Of a stretch of 44,953 nucleotides of DNA, positions 43,171 to 44,953 are shown piece after piece. Location of the stretch: IMG/VR virus record IMGVR_UViG_3300037419_000729, positions 1 to 44,953 of that record. The stretch is one strand, 5' to 3'. The notes under the pieces are model-generated. The model was given only the letters and a program-made list of their open reading frames with translations. It was not told where the DNA came from and ran no database searches. Each line of letters opens with the position of its first letter. The first letter of the stretch is position 1. The position numbers were made by a program, and so were the translations under genes. This DNA is from a virus (Duplodnaviria > Caudoviricetes).

Positions 43171-43324
43171 GGCAGCACCCTCCGTCGTCGTCCCATCGGG
43201 ACAGGTCGTGATGGTCAGCGTCATGGGTGCGCTTGGCGGCCGTGAGGTCGCGCTTGGCGTCCCTCTTGGCGTCGGCAGCGCGCTTGCGGGCGGCGGCCCA
43301 TGAACAAAAAGCATTGGCAATCAT
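43163..43324 (-). CDS. Small basic early protein (not in ORF track)
   Basis: AAGGGG RBS; MIANAFCSWAAARKRAADAKRDAKRDL... Confidence 0.5.
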   Translation of the reverse strand: MIANAFCSWAAARKRAADAKRDAKRDLTAAKRTHDADHHDLSRWDDDGGCCHA

Positions 43325-43325
43325 G

Positions 43326-43481
43326 CTAGGCCCCTTTCCGTGCCTGTTGGTTTCTAGCGGTCAACTCCGCCCAGATGACAGCCGTTTGGCTGGCGTTGGC
43401 TGGAAGCCGGATAGCGTCCCGGAGTTGTTCATCCGAAAGGTGCCGCAGTCCCGGTGAAGGGTGCTTGCGTCGAGCGACCAA
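43326..43481 (-). CDS. Small early protein (TTG start)
   Basis: AAAGGGG RBS; LSDEQL motif. Confidence 0.5.
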   Translation of the reverse strand: MVARRKHPSPGLRHLSDEQLRDAIRLPANASQTAVIWAELTARNQQARKGA

Positions 43482-43509
43482 TGTCAGACCCCTTTCCGTG
43501 CCTGTTGTG

Positions 43510-43665
43510 TCAGCAGCCGAAGGCGACACGGCTCAACGCATCGTCCTTGGCCCTGCGGGCGGCGACGGCGAGGTAGCAGGCCACCTTACGTTCGTTGACG
43601 GTGAGCGGCTGGCCGCGAAGGGCCTTTTCGAGCACTGACAGTTGTGCGTAGTCAGCGATTGTCAT
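43510..43665 (-). CDS. Small early protein
   Basis: AAGGA RBS before ATG 43665; 51 aa. Confidence 0.55.
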   Translation of the reverse strand: MTIADYAQLSVLEKALRGQPLTVNERKVACYLAVAARRAKDDALSRVAFGC

Positions 43666-43678
43666 TGGCAGCCTATCC

Positions 43679-43831
43679 TTAAAATCCGATACGGCGTCCC
43701 ATGACGTCGGTGACGTCACAGCCCCGTTCCTCGGCATATTGCTTTCGGGCTTCCCAGACCGTCCGCGATAGATATGTCACCGGCTCGGGCTGGGCTTTCG
43801 TCCAGACTTGAACGACATAATAGCCGCCCAT
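43679..43831 (-). CDS. First early gene, 50 aa (not in ORF track)
   Basis: Perfect AAGGAGG RBS; MGGYYVVQVWTKAQPEPVTYLSRTVWEARKQYAEERGCDVTDVMGRRIGF. Confidence 0.7.
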   Translation of the reverse strand: MGGYYVVQVWTKAQPEPVTYLSRTVWEARKQYAEERGCDVTDVMGRRIGF

Positions 43832-43844
43832 AATGGCCTCCTTT

Positions 43845-44635
43845 GAGGGGTTGCTAGGGGAGTGTGGGATACGGCTGCGAGCCAGTGACGAATTACGTCC
43901 CTAACCGTAGCTAGGGCAAAACGTGCCTGTCGGTTCAGACGCACACTCCCCAAGGAACCCCTCCGTCCCCTTCACACCTCCTTAGGTTCCAGTTTGGCGT
44001 CTGTGCCGCGCCTTCACGGTCGGAGAGGGGACTAGGGTTTCCCTTGTTCTTCTCGCTTCGCGCAGTTTCAGACGCTAACGGTGGTCGCAAGCTAGGTCCG
44101 CCTTTGGCACCCCTAGAGCTTCCACTACTCGCATGGCCCTGCCCTCTACGCACCCGTTAGGATACGCTTAGACGCACGTCTGTTACTCCCGTGCCCTTGG
44201 CCTGCTCTCCGCACCCCTTGGCTTTCGGACCTTGCGGGCACCGTCAAAGCGGGACCCTTCCCGGACCTAGCTACGGCTCGCGCCGTAACAGCCTACTCAT
44301 GCGAGATGGTTCCTTATAGGACCATGCAAGGCGACCCTTGGCTTTCCCAAGGCGGGCCGCGACCCTGCCTAGTTTCGGCTTCCGGTGGCCCGCCGCATAT
44401 CGCTGGCAAGGGCCGGTTGGCCGACTAAGGGGCGACTAGGGAGCCCCATTGCGTTCCGTCCGTCCCGCCTCACGGCGGCGGCTTGGCGCGGCTCTAGGGA
44501 CTTAGGCCCAACTCCAGTGGTCTAGCGCGGCTGTCGCCGAAGCAGTCGCCTTGTTGCGCCTTCCAACAGGAGCCTTGCGGGCTGCCCTAGAGGCCGCTCC
44601 GGAGCCGTTCGCCTAGCGTCGGGCTGGCCGGAACA
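43845..44635 (-). ncRNA. Candidate large (~800 nt) structured non-coding RNA / early leader of unknown class
   Basis: No credible ORF; several GNRA/UNCG tetraloop hairpins read correctly on the minus strand; multiple long-range helices; lies between a promoter and the first RBS. Confidence 0.65.
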
Positions 44636-44641
44636 GGTGAC

Positions 44642-44670
44642 TTTATGGGCCTAGCACGTTTCCGGGTCAA
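44642..44670 (-). promoter_or_regulatory. Early host sigma70-type promoter TTGACC-N17-CATAAA, overlapped by an operator-like site (44653-44668)
   Basis: Canonical 17-bp spacing, upstream T tract, position at start of genome. Confidence 0.65.
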
Positions 44671-44826
44671 GCCCCTAATCGGGCCTAACCGTCAAAAAAA
44701 TGACAACCCATTGAAACGGCGCCCTTCTTTTTTCTTCTGGCGGCTCCGCGGCTGGCCTGATGGGCACCGAATGGCGACCTGATGGCAGCGCTAGGGCCAG
44801 CACCAACAAAAGCAGGGCGGGCCAAC

Positions 44827-44953
44827 CACAAGCCCGATGCAACCGGCAGGGCGGGGCAGGCCGCGCATACGCATGTCCGCGCCGACAAAGAGCCTAGCGC
44901 CGCCCCATGCGCCCCCTTTGTGCCACACCATCGGCAGTCTCCCGCCCGCCCCC
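44827..44953. repeat. Terminal direct repeat, copy 2
   Basis: Exact match to 1-127. Confidence 0.9.

Noticed and set aside
44262-44280. GAGCCGTA as group II intron domain V
   Set aside because: The rest of the domain V hairpin is absent, and these bases are used in a local GCGA-loop hairpin.
44827-44953. 127-bp end repeat as the biological terminal repeat
   Set aside because: The length equals a common assembler k-mer (127). It shows circular closure but not the physical termini.

Overview
This window is a complete, circularly permuted genome (about 44.8 kb) of a GC-rich T7-like podophage (Autographiviridae-type). The identical 127 bp at both ends is most likely an assembler overlap. Essentially all genes are on the minus strand. 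Read from the right end, the order is: (1) a host sigma70-type promoter followed by an ~800-nt highly structured non-coding leader; (2) early host-takeover genes (SAM-lyase-like protein, Ser/Thr kinase, a stand-alone thioredoxin-reductase-like flavoprotein lacking CxxC, many small ORFs); (3) a lysogeny cassette (MarR-type wHTH repressor and tyrosine integrase); (4) a Lar-like protein and the single-subunit RNA polymerase; (5) replication genes (SSB, RusA, primase-helicase, dNTP diphosphohydrolase, PolA, exonuclease) interleaved with lysis genes (GH108 endolysin, membrane proteins, embedded Rz/Rz1 spanins); (6) the T7-type virion and packaging module. The host is probably an alphaproteobacterium (soft inference). 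The most notable unexplained structures are the large tetraloop-rich leader RNA, a 16-bp palindrome family (GGCACGTTAACGTGCC) that abuts both phage-RNAP promoters and overlaps both host-type promoters (a candidate repressor/operator switch for a temperate T7-like phage), and a CAGCCAC motif in front of the ribosome-binding sites of many early genes. All protein calls come from motif recognition and synteny by eye; no database search was run.
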